64,000 bases of DNA from Raillietiella orientalis. Its lineage: Eukaryota. Position 1 is the stretch's first letter. Each line of letters starts with the position of its first letter. The position numbers and the translations under genes were made by a program. Of the stretch, positions 37,301 to 52,300 are shown piece after piece. The notes beneath the pieces are model-generated. The model had not been told where the DNA came from. It did no database searches and saw only the letters and a list, made by a program, of their open reading frames with translations. The stretch spans positions 1,860,001 through 1,924,000 of the forward strand of contig JAYWIR010000026.1 of assembly GCA_036172245.1 (NCBI GenBank), given 5' to 3'.

Positions 37301-40300
37301 GCCGCCGCCGCCGTCCGCCATGCCGCGCAGACCGACCCTTGCACCTCTCTTTCTCCCCCACCCCATCCCCTCCGGCGCAGTTCGCCCGGAAAGGCTCCGT
37401 GATCTCCCGATCCTGCGAAAGGAAACTTCCCTCGTGGTCCCGCACCGCGCACGCTGCGGTCCCTTTCCTCCTCTCGCGCTCCTCCCCCTCCGGGAGAACG
37501 GGATGGAAAAGGAGAGCGTGCAAGACGGTGGAGTTAATACCAATTAGGAGCAGATTTCTATTGATCCTTGAACTTGCCAGCCGTCTTGCTCCGCGGACGA
37601 GCGAAGAGTTGCGAAAGTACGTGTCCAAGGAAACGCACTTCTGGAGCTGACAAGGCCCTCTGCTGTTGACTGCACTCAAAAAACAGCTTACTGGCATCGG
37701 GACGGAGACGGAGTAGGAAGAAATACGGGAAAGGAGAGAGAGCGTAAGAGGGAGGGGAAGAGCGAGCGGTTGGAAGGCCTCCGTGGCAGCAGCCCACGAG
37801 AAGGGAAAATATCGCTTCAGGTAGGGAGGAAGGCTGCTGCTCCTTCGAGGCAATCGAAACGAGTCAGCTGTAAATAAAAACAGGATGATGAAATTATAAG
37901 CTTCTCCGGGATCGAGGCCCTTGGGAAGCAGGCAGGAGGATGGCAGGATAGGGCGGTCCGTGTGTGTGCGCGCGCGCGCACGCACGCACGGATGCTTCTT
38001 TCTTCCCCTTTCACCGTTGAGGAAAAGGACGGTCCGGGAAAACGAACGGAAGGGTGGGAGGGTGAAGGGAGATGAGGAAGAGAGGAACGGAAGGGATCGG
38101 CTGGCGATCACGGCTTGGGTTGCACGCGCGCCACGCCAAAGAGGTGCGGACATCCGTTGAGCGACACTGCGGCGGCGTGCGTTCGCTCGAAATCGTCGCG
38201 GGCCCTATCCGTTGGCAGTCGCTCAAAACGATGACCGCAGCGGAAGCGGACTCGGAAAAAGCCCGCCGCCGGGACCGGGAACAGAAAGTGCCCATCGGGA
38301 ACGCACTTTGCCCGGGAAGCTCGCGGTCGGTAGGGGGCGCCGCCGCAACGATCCGAAGGCGATGATGATGCGCAGACGAGGAGCGCAGCCTTCAGCTGCG
38401 CTGAACGCAGCCGCCTTCTCCATGGTGACTCTCATGCGTGATCGATTCGTCATTTCTTGCTGACTTGCACGTCGCCGGCGTATCGGTCTGTGCATTTTAT
38501 GGTCTCGCGCCGCTCGCCCGGGCTTTCTCAGGGCTTTGTTTTCAAGCCCAGCGGCTTCCCGCCCGCGCCCTGCCGGACGAGCGTTCCGCTCGCATGAGCT
38601 GCACGCTTGCGGCGACGGACGAGGCGCGCGCGCGCGCGCGCGGCACGCGTTGCCGGAACGCTCGGCGCACGCGTTGCTCCGTCTGCCCACGCGAAAGCGA
38701 GGCCGACGACGGCTTTCCATCTCTCCCCTTCCCTCCTTCCCGGCGTGCCCCCTCCCGGCGCTCTCCTGCACCGAGTGATCCCGACTTGTTTTGCCATTTG
38801 CCAGACGCATCCGCTCCGCCTTATCGGGAATTTATTGGCTCCCTGGCCGGGAGAAATCTCTGGAAAAAATCTATCTGCCTGCTAACGCATCGTCTATCTG
38901 CCTGCCTTCGTGTTTATCGATCGGTCCAACTGCTTGCCGATCTGGGCATCCCGTTATCCGTCTTCCTCCTTGCCTTCTTACCTATCTGCCTACCTATGCG
39001 TCCATCCATCTGTCTATCTGTTTCTATCTATCTGTGCATCTGCCTGTCATCTGCGCTCCGACGGTCCGCCTCCGTCTGTCTGCACGTCTACTCCCCGCTG
39101 GCCCCGACCCCCCTCGTCGCGCACATCCTGCCCGTCCCCTCCTTCCTACTCCCTTAGTCTGGCTGTCGCGGCTCTCGGGGCGTCCTGCTTGCTTACCTCC
39201 ATCTCTTCCCTCCCTATTTTCTTCTCCCCGGTGCGCGCTCCCGAAGCGAAAATCCCTTGACCTTCTGGTGCCCCCCCTGTGAGAGCACTTCCGACCCTTG
39301 CAGAAAGATCGGCCGCTACCTTCCAAACAAGCGAACTCCAGGAATGACACGTCAGCACCAGCAGGTCACCTCGGTCGGCGCTACGGTCCGTGGGTCCCCC
39401 TTCGCGGTCGGGAGGGGCGAGGCGGCGTTCCCTCGGGGCACAGGCTGGAGGAGGAGGAGCGGGGATCTTGCCCTCGAGGAGAAGCTGATGACGACGCAGC
39501 GAGAGCCCCCGCACGCCTCACCCATCCTGAGGGCGCGACGCGTGGGAGACCTCTCGACCTCTCAGGGCAGCGCGTCCCATCGTTGCTCCAGGCCCTGCGC
39601 GTTTCCGGCCTCCTTCGCTCGGACCCTCCCCTTCTTTCCCGGCGTTTCCTTCCTCCGGGATTCCTCCTCAGAAGGGAGGACGCGGGAGTCGGTGTCCTGG
39701 GGCATGCGGCGCAGAGGCCACGCCATTTGCCCCCCCCCCCCCCCCCCCCTCGCGCGAGCGTTCTCGAAACGGGGCGCAAGGGACCTAATCGAAGGGAATG
39801 AGAAGGGAAGACAACAGGATAAGGCAGCCATCCGCGCTGTGTGTGGAGGAGGGGAGGGTGCTTGCTGGACAGCGAAGGTGCTCGTTCGTGCGTTGCCTCG
39901 GAAACGAATGTTCACGGAGGCGACCACGGAAGGGGCTCCAGGTGGATCCATTCTGGAAGGGGAAGCCGCTCCAGGGAAAAAAGAGACACAGGGGCGTGGG
40001 GAGGGGAGCGACGCTCCTGTCGCCGCCACTGAGAGTCCACCGATCAGCTTGGCGTTCCCCGCGGCGCGTCCTTCCTGCCCCAGGGACACTCCCCAGCGGC
40101 AGAGACGCGAAAAATACAAAGGTGACCCGTTGGAAGGAATTGATCTTTTGCCCGACGGCCGCCGTGTATCCGGGGCGCCGTCGCCCCCGGTGGGCGACCC
40201 CAGGACGGTCAAGGATGGACACGGCTGCTCACGAAAGAAGGGCTGTGCGACTCGAGCTCGGCTCCCTTGCCCTGTCACGGGAAGAGGGAGGGCGTGCCGC

Positions 40301-43300
40301 GTGCAAACAGGGCAGGGTGGATCCGGCTGGCTCCAGGAGCCGCTTGCAGGCCGCGAGAAGAGGAGGAGAAGCGGTCCTCGCGCGCGCCTCTGCCACAGTC
40401 CGAGGTCGGGATCTCCCGGGTTAGTGGGGGGGAGGGGAAGAGGGAAGGGGGAGGGAGAAGAAGGACTTACAGTTCATCTCCAGGACAACCTCCCGGTAGG
40501 AGGAGGAGGTCAGGTTCGTGTTGGAGGCTTGGCACAGCAGGCGGGAGCGCGCGTCCTCCCTGGAGAGTCTCTTCAGGTGCAGCTCGTTGACGACGGTGCC
40601 GTCCTGCTTGACCTCGTAGGTGGCGTCGATCAGCGCTTCGGACTTCCACCAGGTGACCTCGGGCCGGGGATCACCTGTGGGTGAGTAGAAAGAGAGAGAG
40701 AGTGGGCGGCTGGACGCCGGAACGGAAGCGACTCCATCAGCGAGGAAGGCAGTGGTCCTGCCCGGCTTGGCAGTTCCGCCTCCAAGGCTGCTGCGGGCAC
40801 CACGAGACCGTAGAGGCCGAACGGGAGGACAGCAAGAAGAAGATGAGCAATGGAGTTCCTCTTCGTCCCATTCTGCCCCCCTTCCCCCTTTCTACCCCCT
40901 TGGATCCGTGGCGCGAAAGGCCACCGAGGAGGAGGAGGAGGAGGAAGATACTGCGCCGCTGACATGCCACGCTTCTTCTTCCCTTCCCCAAGCATCAGGT
41001 GATTCAGATGGTGAAAAATGGATCGCGTCGAAGCTCCAGTGGACCGTAAAACGAAAAACAAATTCGTTTACAAGGAGACGGGATGCCTGGCATTCTTCCT
41101 CGTTCTCCCGATCCCCCCTCCTCCCCTTTCCATTTCTCTCTCGATTTTTTTTCTCCTTTTTTTTCAATTTCTCGGAGGGAAAGTCCTGGGGGATGCTCCC
41201 CCGCCTCGCGGGAGCAGTCAGGAGAGACGCTCGAGCGAAGGGCGGAAGCTCCGAGAGCGCCGCGCAATTCGTGGCGGCCGAGGAGAGAAGCTGGGAGCTC
41301 GGGAAGGCCGTCGGCCGCAGGTCCGGGTGGAGGAAAGGTCGTTTCTCCCTACAAACATCCCATCCCACCCCTACCCTCGTTCCCTCGCTCTGGATGGCGT
41401 AAGCGGCGGTGCAAGGCTACCGCAGGACCCACCAGGGGATCGCCGTGCGTGCGGCCAGTGCGTTCTTTCCAAGCGAGGGAGCGACTCCCCTCCGCTTCCC
41501 CCGCGTTCAACCCTATGGGACGGCAGCCTGCGATTCCCGCAGGAGCTGCTGACTGGAGAGAAGGGACTCGTCCTCGTCCCGGAAGAAGGAAGGAGCGATG
41601 CCCCCGGGACGACGTTGGTATGAAAAACGGAAGATCTGCTCCTTCGCCTCGTCTCTTCGCTTTCTTCTCCTGAGGAAGCGGCGGAGGGGTCCGACCCCTG
41701 TCCTGCTTCATCCCACATGCCTGGAGGAGAAAAAGGACGTCCCAGGATGTCCCTTTCGCTCCCTCCCTCTGACGCTGCACAAAGACAGGGAGACAGGTGA
41801 GCTCCGGAGCTGACAGCTGGCTCGAATGGCGTCTCTTGGGGGGGGGGGGGGAAGGGGGCAGCCTGTCTGGAAGCTGAGCTTCGCGAGAGGGAGAGTGTGG
41901 GGCAATCCAAGGAAGAACCGTTCCCAGAGGCGATGACCCTCAAAGGCTGCGAAAGCTCCAAAGGGGAGACGGCAAGGTATGGCGCGTTCTCCTCTGGGAG
42001 CCTTCGTTTCCGGAAGGACTCCACCCCTGAGTAGAAGCCGGGGTAGGGGCGTAGAGGCACTCAGGAGAGAAGAGTTGGGGTCGGGGACGACGACGGCAGG
42101 TGCTCCTCACCTCATCCCTCGCCCGTGTTCCTCCTTTCCCTGGAACAGTGTCTCCTCCCAGGATAGATATCCGTCCATCCAGAGTCGCCTTCCGCAACCA
42201 CCAGTGAGTATCCGTTTCTGAGGCAACGGAACCAGACGGTCTCCTCTCCGCTGCCGACGCTCCCACTCGGGCAAGGGGGAGGATCGGCAAGGAGACAATG
42301 CCTCCTCCCCTCTCCTCCCATACAGGCCCTTTCTGCCGATCCCTGATCCTCTTCTCCTGTGGGGGACGGAAGAAAGTAGGGACTTTCTGAGGTCTCCAAA
42401 GGGCTGTGGCAGTACCGGAGGTGGGAGCAGCAAGAGCGGACCACGAAGTGGACGGTTCCTTGCCGTGCGGAGTGTCCCCAAAAGGAGGGTAGTAGGGAGG
42501 GAACCCACGGCGGCAGTGGTCAAGTCCTACGACACGGACAGGGGGGTTAGAGGCAATTGAGTTCCCCGGGATCCCGGAGCGCACCAGCTGGGAGATCCTA
42601 AAGACGTTCCTTTTCCCTCTCCCTTTTGTTCTCCGGAATCTCGAAGCGCCGATTGCGCCTTCCGGGAGCCTCCCCTCCTAGATCCCATCTTCCTCCTTCC
42701 TTCTCCTTCGGACCCAACGCATTCTCCCACTGGAGCAGAGGGAAGGCGAATCCCAGGAGAAAATCCTCACGATACGGCAGGAGCGGCTCTTCCCGTTTTC
42801 CATAATTTCCAGATCCGCGTTCCCCGAGGTCCCGAAGGAAGAAGAAGGGGGAGGGGGGAAAGAGGGAGGGAAGAGGAATAGCGCGCCTGCTTTGTTTCGC
42901 CCCTTTCGCTCTGTCCGGTCTTTCATTCAGGCGATCCCGCTCCTGGATCGGGAGGCTGCCTGCATCCCGTCTCGGAGGGACTCCAGGTTGGAAGGGGAAA
43001 GAAAAAATGGGAGCGAAGGGGGACAGGAGGAGAAGCTCAGACGGGAAGGTGAGGAGGGGGCTGAGCACGGAGGGGAAGACACAAAGACGTTCCGCAGGTC
43101 CCACTCTCGGGTAGGTGGGGCGAAGGTGGAGGAGAGGTCCCACTCTTTCAATGGACGGAGCGGAAGACGAAGGAAGCTGCTGTCGGACGGACCAGAAGGG
43201 CAGAGGGGGGTTTCGGGAGACAGCTGCACCGCACAGCTTCCCGGGTTCGACAAACCCTCGAGGGTCCCTCCCGTCCTCCTCCTTCTCCTCTCCGGTTTCC

Positions 43301-46300
43301 GGGAGGAGCCCGCCCTTCTAAGGGGAGTCCGAAGACCCCAGGGGAAGGAGGCGAGACAACGGGTCGCCAGGTGTCCTCCCACCTCGGACCCTCCGAGGAG
43401 CGCGACAAGGCGCAGTGCAGTGGAGGGGACCTATCCGGCCGGGAGGCGAGGTAGAGATGCCTCTCGGCATCCCGGGGGCGCCGTCCCTTTCTCGATTCCA
43501 CGCCTGGACGAGCGCTGTTCCTGAGGGGGGTGGGGAAGTCAAGAGGGAGGGCATCTACCCGCTCCATCCTCCCCCGCCCGGTTCTCCCGGATGGGGAGCG
43601 AACCGGCATCCCCACTGATGCGCTGTTACTGCGGGCCGTCCTCGTCCCCGGTGCGGAAGCTCCATGACAAAGCGGGCTCCCGTCTGCCCGCAGCCCTTCC
43701 GAGAGTGCCGACGAGAATCCTGGGCAGGGGAGGCTCCCCTAAGGCCCCCCTATCCCGGACTGGCAATCTCGGCCTCGAGTCCGACTGTCGCGGGGGATGG
43801 GTGGACGCGTGGGCGTCCCTCTGCAGGACGCCCACGCGCCCTCCTTGGAGCCTCCGTCGGACAACCCTTCGCAGCTGTTGCCAACGCAGCGCGCACCCTA
43901 CTCCCTTCCAGGGGCGTCATTCCACTCTCTCCTCCTCCCTCCCCAATCCTTCAGCTCGGCAGGCTTCCTGGAGGCTCCTCGGCAGGAAAACGGGAGGCTG
44001 AGGAAACACCCCGTCGCTGCTGCTGCTGGCGCGAGAAAGAGCGGGAGCCCCGATCCTCTGAGATCCCCCCGGGTGCCGTCAGGGACGACGTCAGGAAAGA
44101 AGACGGAGCGAACGGAGATTCCCCATCCGCCCATGAGGGCGGGACGACTCTTTGACATCCATCCTACCGCGTTTCCCCTGACAACCTCCAGATCGCTTCC
44201 CGGCGAAGGCGTCCGTCTCCGGAAGGAGGAAAGGGAGAAATGGGGTGGGGAAGGAGGAGGGAAAGAGAGAGCATTCCTCTCCCCTCTTGCTCCCAAGATT
44301 TCCGCTCCTCTCTTCCGTCCTTCCGCATCTTTCCGCGCTCCATTTCGAAATGGAGACCGCGTGCCACCGCGCGAAGCCAGCGGGAAGTTCGGGGAAGGTG
44401 GGGCGGATCAGGGTCTTGCGCGAAGAAGGGGCTCTCGGAAGAAGAGGGAAGCTCCCGCGGAGGTCAACCCCTGACCTCCACGGGGGTGGGGGCAGTCTGC
44501 TCGGAAAGAGTTGGAAGAGGTGCCATCCCGCTTAACTCCTGCGGGGCTCGGAAGCGTCCGGGAGGCCGCCATCTTGCGAGGACTCCTACGGGGATATGGG
44601 AATCGGCCCTTTCCGCCCTTCCAGGACCCCGCGTCCTCGATCGGTGGGCGGAGCTTCTGCTCTTCAGGCTGCCCCCTTCTTCCTCAGGCGTACGTCGGGA
44701 GGTTCGGTATTCAGACGAGCCCTCCGGGGCCAGGAGCAGGCCCCCGCCAAAGAGAAGGTGGGCCAAGGCGAAGAAGAGGGTGCGGCGACAGCCATTTTTG
44801 TGCGAGACCCACCCAAGAGGGCTGGTGATGGGGCCGAGTCGAATCTGGAGGGGGAACTGGAAGCGCGGCCCAAGAAAGCGGCTCATAAAAGTGGATCCTC
44901 CTCCCTCGTGAAGGCGCGTGAGATGCGGCTGCGGTCCCGTCCCTCCCGGAGATTGGCGGAGGCGCGGGATCCCCGCAAGCCCCTGCGGGAGCCGGCAAGC
45001 TGGGTGCTGGACCAGTGGGTTTCCGGGAAGCGCGGCAGGAGTGAGGTCGCCAGAAGAAGCAACGGAGGGAGAAGATGCCTGGGGGTAGGAGGGATCGAAG
45101 GAGAGTGGAGAGCATAGGAGAGAGAAGCCCGCAGCGCTTCTCGCCTTTTCCTTCGCTTTGGAGATTTGGGGGGAGGGGAGCGACAGGTCCATCTCGCCCC
45201 CGTCTGCGAGCGACTCGATCTGCGTTGCTGGGGGTGGCAGAGGTAGGGGAGCGCACGGCAGGAGTCCTCCCGTTCTGAGTACGCAGGGGACGACGGGTAG
45301 GGGGGCCACGCAAAAGGAGAGAAAGCCTAGAGCGGAGGCTCCTGATTGGTCCGTCGGAGGGAGGGGAGGATGCGAGGAACGGATCCGGAGCCAGCCGGGT
45401 CCATTCCCCTAGCCTGAGGGAAAGAAAGGGAGATGAAAAAGGGTCGCACTCCCTCTAAGCGGCAGGACCAGAGGGTGCCGGAGTGCCTACGAGTCCAGAC
45501 CCTCGGGGGATCTTTCCCCTGTCCGCGACTGACCACTCTGACGCTTCCGCGAGCCTCGTTGATCTACTCCAAGCCCGAAGAGGGGAGAGACCGTCGCTGG
45601 CGGTGGTCTAGCGGGCCTGACCAGAAGGGAGCTGATGCAGCGAAAAGATGGCGCTCGCGTAGCAAGGAAGTGTTTGCTTGCTGATCTGGAAGGGCAATGC
45701 GAGGACGAAGGGAGCGGGGCGGTAGGAAGACGGGCGCCGCAGGGCGCAGTCACGGTGGAGGTAGCCACCCAGCGGTGGCGACCGGGCAACGAAGAGACCT
45801 GCGGGCGGCGGTAGTCTCCAGGCGACGGCACGCCCGTCCGTCCGCGAAAGAGGGACCGGGGAGGGGCAAGAGGCGAAGAAGCACCGAGAGTTTCGGGAAG
45901 CCTCTTGCTACCAATGGACGGGAAGAGGGAAGACTGACTGGCAGCAAGCGGGAGGCTGGGCGACCGCTGATCTCAGCCGGGATCGGGGGAGAAATCGCTC
46001 TGCTGCTCCTCTCGGCTCCATCGAAGAAATGTGTGGGGCGACTCTCCAGGATAACGAGCCTCCATCTGGCTATTTTCCGGGATCTACTCAAGCAGATAAG
46101 GGGGAGAGCCGGGACGAGGAGGAGGAGGCTGTTGCCTTGGATTGCTGGTGCTTCTCCTCTTCGCCGAACGAGGAGAAGCCAGCGACTTTGGCGCTTTGCA
46201 ACGACGCCGACCATGGAAGTGCAAGTGGGATGGGCCGCTGGGGGAGGTTGTGTGCGCTTCTAGGGAGGAGGGTCTGGTCTCGTCGTGGCGGGAAGGCCTC

Positions 46301-49300
46301 ACTAGCACCCTCGCCCCCAGATGGCTCCCTCTTCCCCCTCCCAGTCCTTCGCGACGATGGAGTGGCTCTTCCGGACGTCCTTCCGGTTCTCCCCACTTTC
46401 GGATCCCTCGACCTAAGCGGGAGCGGAAATGAGGGAAGCGGAGGGACGAGGGAAGACATTCTAGGAGCGACGAGAGCAATGGGGAGACCGGGAGGCGCGC
46501 CCCCAATTGTCCCCCTTCTCCCCGATTCACTCTCGCCTCCGACCCCCTTGAGAGGGGGGTCACCGCCCCGTTCGCTCACCCCCGCGAGAAGGGCGGCGGG
46601 GTCTTCGCTGCGCGGGGAGCTTCCAGAAGGCAAGGGGAGAGGTCGCCGAGGGCGCGAACCTCCGTGTCTCCGGGCGACGAAGCCGGGAGAGCGAGCGAGC
46701 AGAATCCGCAGGGATCCCCAGGAACGACTCCGCAGCCGCTTCACAAGGGACGGATGGATACCGCCGTCCCTCCTTGGGCGGCGCTGCGATCAGCTCACCT
46801 CCGGACACGGCACAGGTCAGCCGGAGGCTGTCCTCCTCGCGCAGCGGACCCACCACGGAGAAGACCTCGTTCCTGGTCTCGTCGAAGATCCTGGGTTTTT
46901 CCGGGGGTACTGAAAAGAGAGAGGAGGAACGAACGGGGGTAGAGATCCGGTCGAGAAGGGAGAGAGGGGGGCGACTCCCAAGGCACGCCTGCGCTTGCGT
47001 CGCCGACGCGCTCACAAGGCTCCGGGGCACCTCGGCAGCAGCGGTCCACCCCCAACGTCCAAGAGCGGCCGTCTCCAGCTGGAGGACAGGTGGAGAGACG
47101 AGTCCATACAGGTGGGTCCGGAGACGGGATCTCTTCCGGGTTCCCCGTCCCCTTCGGCGTGCATGCTTTGCCCCTCTGGACGGAACTCCCCTTCCTCTTC
47201 CCCCAAAGGCACCCGGGAGAGTCGGATGCGTGCGGGCTCAGAGGTTCCCCTGACTTCGGGGAAACCTCCGGAGGCGCGGAGCCGAGAGGGTGCCGCCCAT
47301 GCCCCTGTGTTGGCGCGAGGGGGTGCTGCCACCTCTATCCGGAAGCTCCTTCCCCAAAAGAACTCCTCAATTCAGGCAGTCGCTCGTTCCCCCGCCCCCC
47401 TTCCGTCCCCAAGCGACCGCACGGGTGCGTTCCGCATCCCGAAAAACTGCCGCTGTCGGGAGCTCCCCGACCCGCGGTTCTTTTGTCTTGTGTTGCGCAT
47501 GGTCAGTTCTCGGGAGACCCGATCATGGGGTCCGCCGGAGGCCCCCTCTCGCCTCGTTATCTCCACCTGCGACGCGTTTAGCCAGAGCGCACCCAGTCTG
47601 TTGGGGCGGACCTTGGGACCGCGCACTCCTGGAGGAAGAGGGGGGAGACTTCGAGAGAGGCGCACTCGGAGGTCTCCTGGCGTCCCTGCAGGCTGCGCAA
47701 GGAGGGAGAACCGTCCGGACGCCAGCAGCAGGTGCAGCGCGTGCGCCGAAGATCCCCACCTTCGTCTCGCGGGGTGCTCACCGCCCGGAGTCCAGGGAGT
47801 CTTGCGGATCGCCAAGGTGATTTTCTCGCCCGGAGAAGCCGGAGTCGGTCAGTCAGCGCCACCCCCTACCCCCTCGGAACCGCGAGTAGCCGGGTCCCCG
47901 ACGCGCTCGAGAGCAACAGCCGCAGCGATCTTCTCCTCAGCCTCCTGGGGGATGGACCACGCTTACCGATCACCTTCAGGTAGATTCTGCTGATTCTGGT
48001 GGGCGACAGCTGGAAGTCCACCCTACACCTGTACAACCCCTCGTCCTTCTTGCTCAGGGCGGTGATGAAGAGTCCCGAGGGGCTTTCGTGGCGGAAGCGC
48101 GCCCTCTGGTCCTGCTGCCCGGCGTCCGTCCAGTGCTTGGCTGCCTCGAAGCGGACGCCTCTCGTGTCCCAGCTGGAGAGGAGGGGGTGAGAATGGGGAG
48201 GAAAGGCGAGTGAGAGGGGCAGACGGGAACGAAGGTCCTCCTGGGACATTTTCTCCGACCCTTGGATCTCGGCCCTCGAGCGATTTCCCCTGCCCGGACT
48301 TGGGGCCACTTCAGTCCATGAGCACCGGAGGAGAGGAGAAGACGCTAAGAGCGCCCTGACCTTGGCTCGTACCACTTTCCCCCTTCTGAGGGAACGAGCG
48401 CGAGGGCTCAGGAACAATTTTCTAGATTTCTTGGCCCCGCTGTGCGAGCCGGCGGGCGGCGCTCCCTACGAAGCCGGGAGCGGGGGGCAACTCCGAATGA
48501 GCATCGGTTGCCAGGATACCCGACCCTGCGAGTCTTCCTCTCCGGGACGTGCTAACAGCCGCGAGCGTCCTTTTCCCTCCCCCCTTCTGCCCCTCATAGA
48601 TCATTCTCGGCGCCCTGATGCTGGGGAGACGACGTGACCTCATTGTCGCGTAACCATGACGTCAGGGCTCCAAGGTTCGGTCTCCTCTGCAGGAAGGAGA
48701 AGGAACTCCGCGCTTCGGAGACGCGTTCGGCGCTCCCGGCCACGCGCACGCGCTTCCAGCGCCAACGCCGCGCCGCCGCGAGCATGCGCTCGGAAATCTT
48801 CGGCAGCATTCCTCCCGGGAACCGACTGCTCGCCGGAGTCCGTCCTTTCCGAAGGAAGAGAGGAGACACCTCCGACGTGTCGACGGCAGTCAGGCGGGTA
48901 TTTCCGGGAAAACCGGGAACCGCACGCTCGAAGGCGCGTCAGGTCAGGCTGTCGCGAAGGGGGCGCCGCGATCATAAATCCCGGGAACCGCCGACGATTT
49001 CCGTCAGGGAATTTCCTGGAGCCCGTCGCCGCCGTCTGCCCCGGCAACGGGGAGAGAGAAGGGGGGAGGAGGGGCGAAGGATCGCCGATCGCCTCCGGGA
49101 GCGCCTCCGTCGGCAGCCAGACGAAGCGAGCAAAAGCGGCCGGCCGTCGCCGGGCGACGGAGCGCCGTTGACCCGCCTCGTCCCCCTCTTCCGCGCGTGA
49201 TTTACGGCCCTCGCGGTGACGTCGGCGCGTGCAACAGCTTCGCTCCCTCGGAACGGGAACTGAGGATCCCCCGACTTCCCCTTTTGAGGTGCTCCATTCA

Positions 49301-52300
49301 GCGCTTTTATTTTTTCGCGGCTCCCCGGAAGGCCATTGGGTGACGCGGTCCGCTCTCCGTGGCAACCCAAGCGTCGCAGCAGAAACGGGGGAGGGAAGAG
49401 AATTTCGTAACCCTGGAGTCGTCGACGACGGGAGAGGCTGCGAGGCTCGCTTACGGGAGAAGGGGGTGGGAGGGGGAAGGAGGAAGACCCCGAAAAACCG
49501 ATGGTTTCAGGGTCCATGGGGAACGAAGCCTCCCCTCCCCCGGGCCACGAGGGAGAGAGAGCGGCAGCTCCGGAGTGAGGCAAGGCGCAAGAAAGGGGTG
49601 GGTGGGGGGAGAGGCATCCCTTTCCGCCCTGTGCAGGGAGGGGGGGGCTCCCAGTCCTTCGCGACGATGGTGTCCGACGGAGCAGGACCTTCGACCAGCG
49701 CGAAAGCGCGGCGCCCGAGGGTTCGCTTCCCAGGAGCGATGCGAGGCGGCGCCGTGGAGCGCGCGCACTCGTCTGCGAAAGATCCGTGACCTTCGCGCGC
49801 GCGGGTGAGGGAGAAGGGCGGGACGGTGGCTGTGGTCCGAAGCCGCCGGGCGTCTCAGCGGGTGAGCCGGAGGCAGCCCTGCTGGAGGGACGCGAAAGGG
49901 CCCGGAACGCCTTCCTCCCCCCCCCGTAAATCCTCCGCGATGAGCGGAGCCCGGCGCTCCTTCTCTGGCAGCGGCCCCTTTATGTTAGCAGCTATTCTTG
50001 AGGCGGAGGGGGGGGGGGAAGGAGGAGAGGAAGGAAAGAACGGCAAGAAGAAAGGGCTCGTTTCTTTGGGGCTAGAAGTGCCCTCCCGTCCGGACACCCA
50101 GGAGGGCCGACAGGCGGATGGGTAAACACGGCTGGGGAGAGCGGCTGCTGCTGCTGGCGTCGTCGTCGGGACGACCGAGATGCGCGCCAGCACTTTTGCG
50201 GCTGAGGCGCGCAGCCGCCGCGGCACGCGCATTTGTGGCTCTTGCGGGCGCCGCTGCATCCGGAAAGCGCCGCCGGTCCTGGGAAGGAAGAGGAGGAGAT
50301 CCGTCGTCCTGAAGCGTCCGGGAGGGGAGGAGGAGGCTGACGGCTCTCCTTTCCTCCTTCCTCCGCGGGAGGCTCCGCGGATCTGTCGCGTCTCCCGTGA
50401 TGCCTGCCGGGGATGTCCCGTCGCTGCCAGCTGCACGTGAAGACGCCGCGGAACGTCCGCACCCTCCGACGCGTGCCTTCGAGAGGATCCCGCAGCCGCA
50501 GCTGCCGCCGCCGCCGCCGCCGCCGCCTTCCGAATCGATGGCGGCTCTTCTGTTTGAGACGCTGAAATCGTCGCTCCCGAAGCCCCGCGACGCCGGCTGC
50601 GGCTCGGAGGGGAGCGAGGGATTACCAGGAAGAGTCAGTCCCCCTGCTCGGCAGGAGCCTTCAGGAAAAACCGCGGCGCGAGGACTCTCGTAGCATCGAG
50701 CGCGCGACGGGGGGAAGGGGGGAGAGAGAGAGACAAGTAGGAGGGAGCCCCCACTTCCCATCCCTTCTCTGGCCTTTCACCAGATTCCGTAGGAACCTCC
50801 ACATCCTGCCGCGCGACTTTCGATGATGCGGAGAGGAGCGAGGACCAGGGATCGGTCTCGGAGGGTCCCGCAACCCCAGGTGCCACTGGAGGGCCTTCTA
50901 CGAGAGGAACTAAGCAACGGCTGCAACGACGCAGGGGTAGCGGAAGACACGACTAGGACCTGGCACGTTCCGAGAGGGATCGAGGGGTAGAGTCCACCTT
51001 CCCTTGGCACGTAGGATCTCCCGTCGCAAGGAGCGGCTCACCGCAGACAAGGAAGAGATCCGGGACTCGGGAGGGAGTCCTGGTCATTTCAGGGTCGATC
51101 CTGCCGGAGGAGAGCTGCTAGACGGGCCTCGAGACTCCCCCACCTCCTCTCTGGAAAGGATCCCTGGCTGATACCGTGAGCCCTTCTCCATCCTCGCTGA
51201 TCTCTGGGCAGTCCTCTCGACCTCTGGGAGTCCCGGGACGACGCGGACCCACATCTCCGTTCCTTCTACCCAAATGCCCTCTCTCTGTGTCCCATCAAGA
51301 GCGGAGGTGCCGAACACAAAACTTCCGCTTCCCTGTCTCCATCCTGTGCGTTATCGGCGGAGGGTGGTCCACGCGCGAATGGGCCAGCGGGCTGCCGAGC
51401 AGGGGGAAAGGTCAAAGCAGCGGCAGGTGGCCGATGTGTCAATGAGAGCGGCCCCTGTAGGGACCGGGAAAGCGTCCCTTCGCAAGGGCGTAAAGAGAGG
51501 GTGAGGGGCAGCGAGAAAGCAGTGCAGGAACGCAGGAGATGGCACCCGCAAACTGACCGCTTGCACAGACCGCGGGCGAGCGACCGCCGAAAACCCGATA
51601 GAAGAAGAGCAGAAGGGCCGGCGTAAAGCTGAATGGTTCCAAGAAGTAAGGATGGAGCCGCAGCCGCCGCCGCCGCCGCTCAGCATCTCGATTTCGCTTC
51701 TGCCCTGTCATCCCTACCCCTTCCTACTCTGCCCGACAGGAGAGGGCACCCCCGAATCCAAGGGCCCATTCGGGAAACTCACCTGTAGAAAGGAGTTTTC
51801 AGCGATTCCCGGTACCACAGCACTAGATCCGCCAGCTCGTTGGGCGAGGGAGGGACGACGTCGCACGGTAACGTGACCGACTGGCCGACGATCCCGAGGA
51901 CCGATGTGATGGACTCTGGAAGGCAAGGTGCAGTGAGGGAGCAGCAGGAGCCGGGGGCTGCTGCAGCCGGCCCTTCTTTCGCTGGGTGGGGTGAGGAGGC
52001 GAGGGGGCATTGCTTCTCGAACTCGGACGGCCTGGCGAGGCGAGGATTCATCCCCACCCCTTCCCACTCACCCCTCCGGGGAAGTCCCTCTTACGTGGTC
52101 CTGGGAGGTGACCTCTCTTCCTCGGAGCAAGAAGAGTGCCTTCAGCGGGGATACCCCGGCAGCTCTCACGCTGCCATCGCCCACGAAGGCGAGTACCGCG
52201 CCCGCGGGGCGGCGTGCCAAGGGCCCTCCCTACGTCCAAACACGGCGATCCCTGTTCAGAGGAGAGGAAACTCCAAGATGGAGACCAATGACATCCTTCC

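Noticed and set aside
39257..40684. 475-aa plus-strand ORF
   Set aside because: Low-complexity R/G/P/S translation of GC-rich intron; its only protein-like part is the antisense shadow of Sidestep exon 5.
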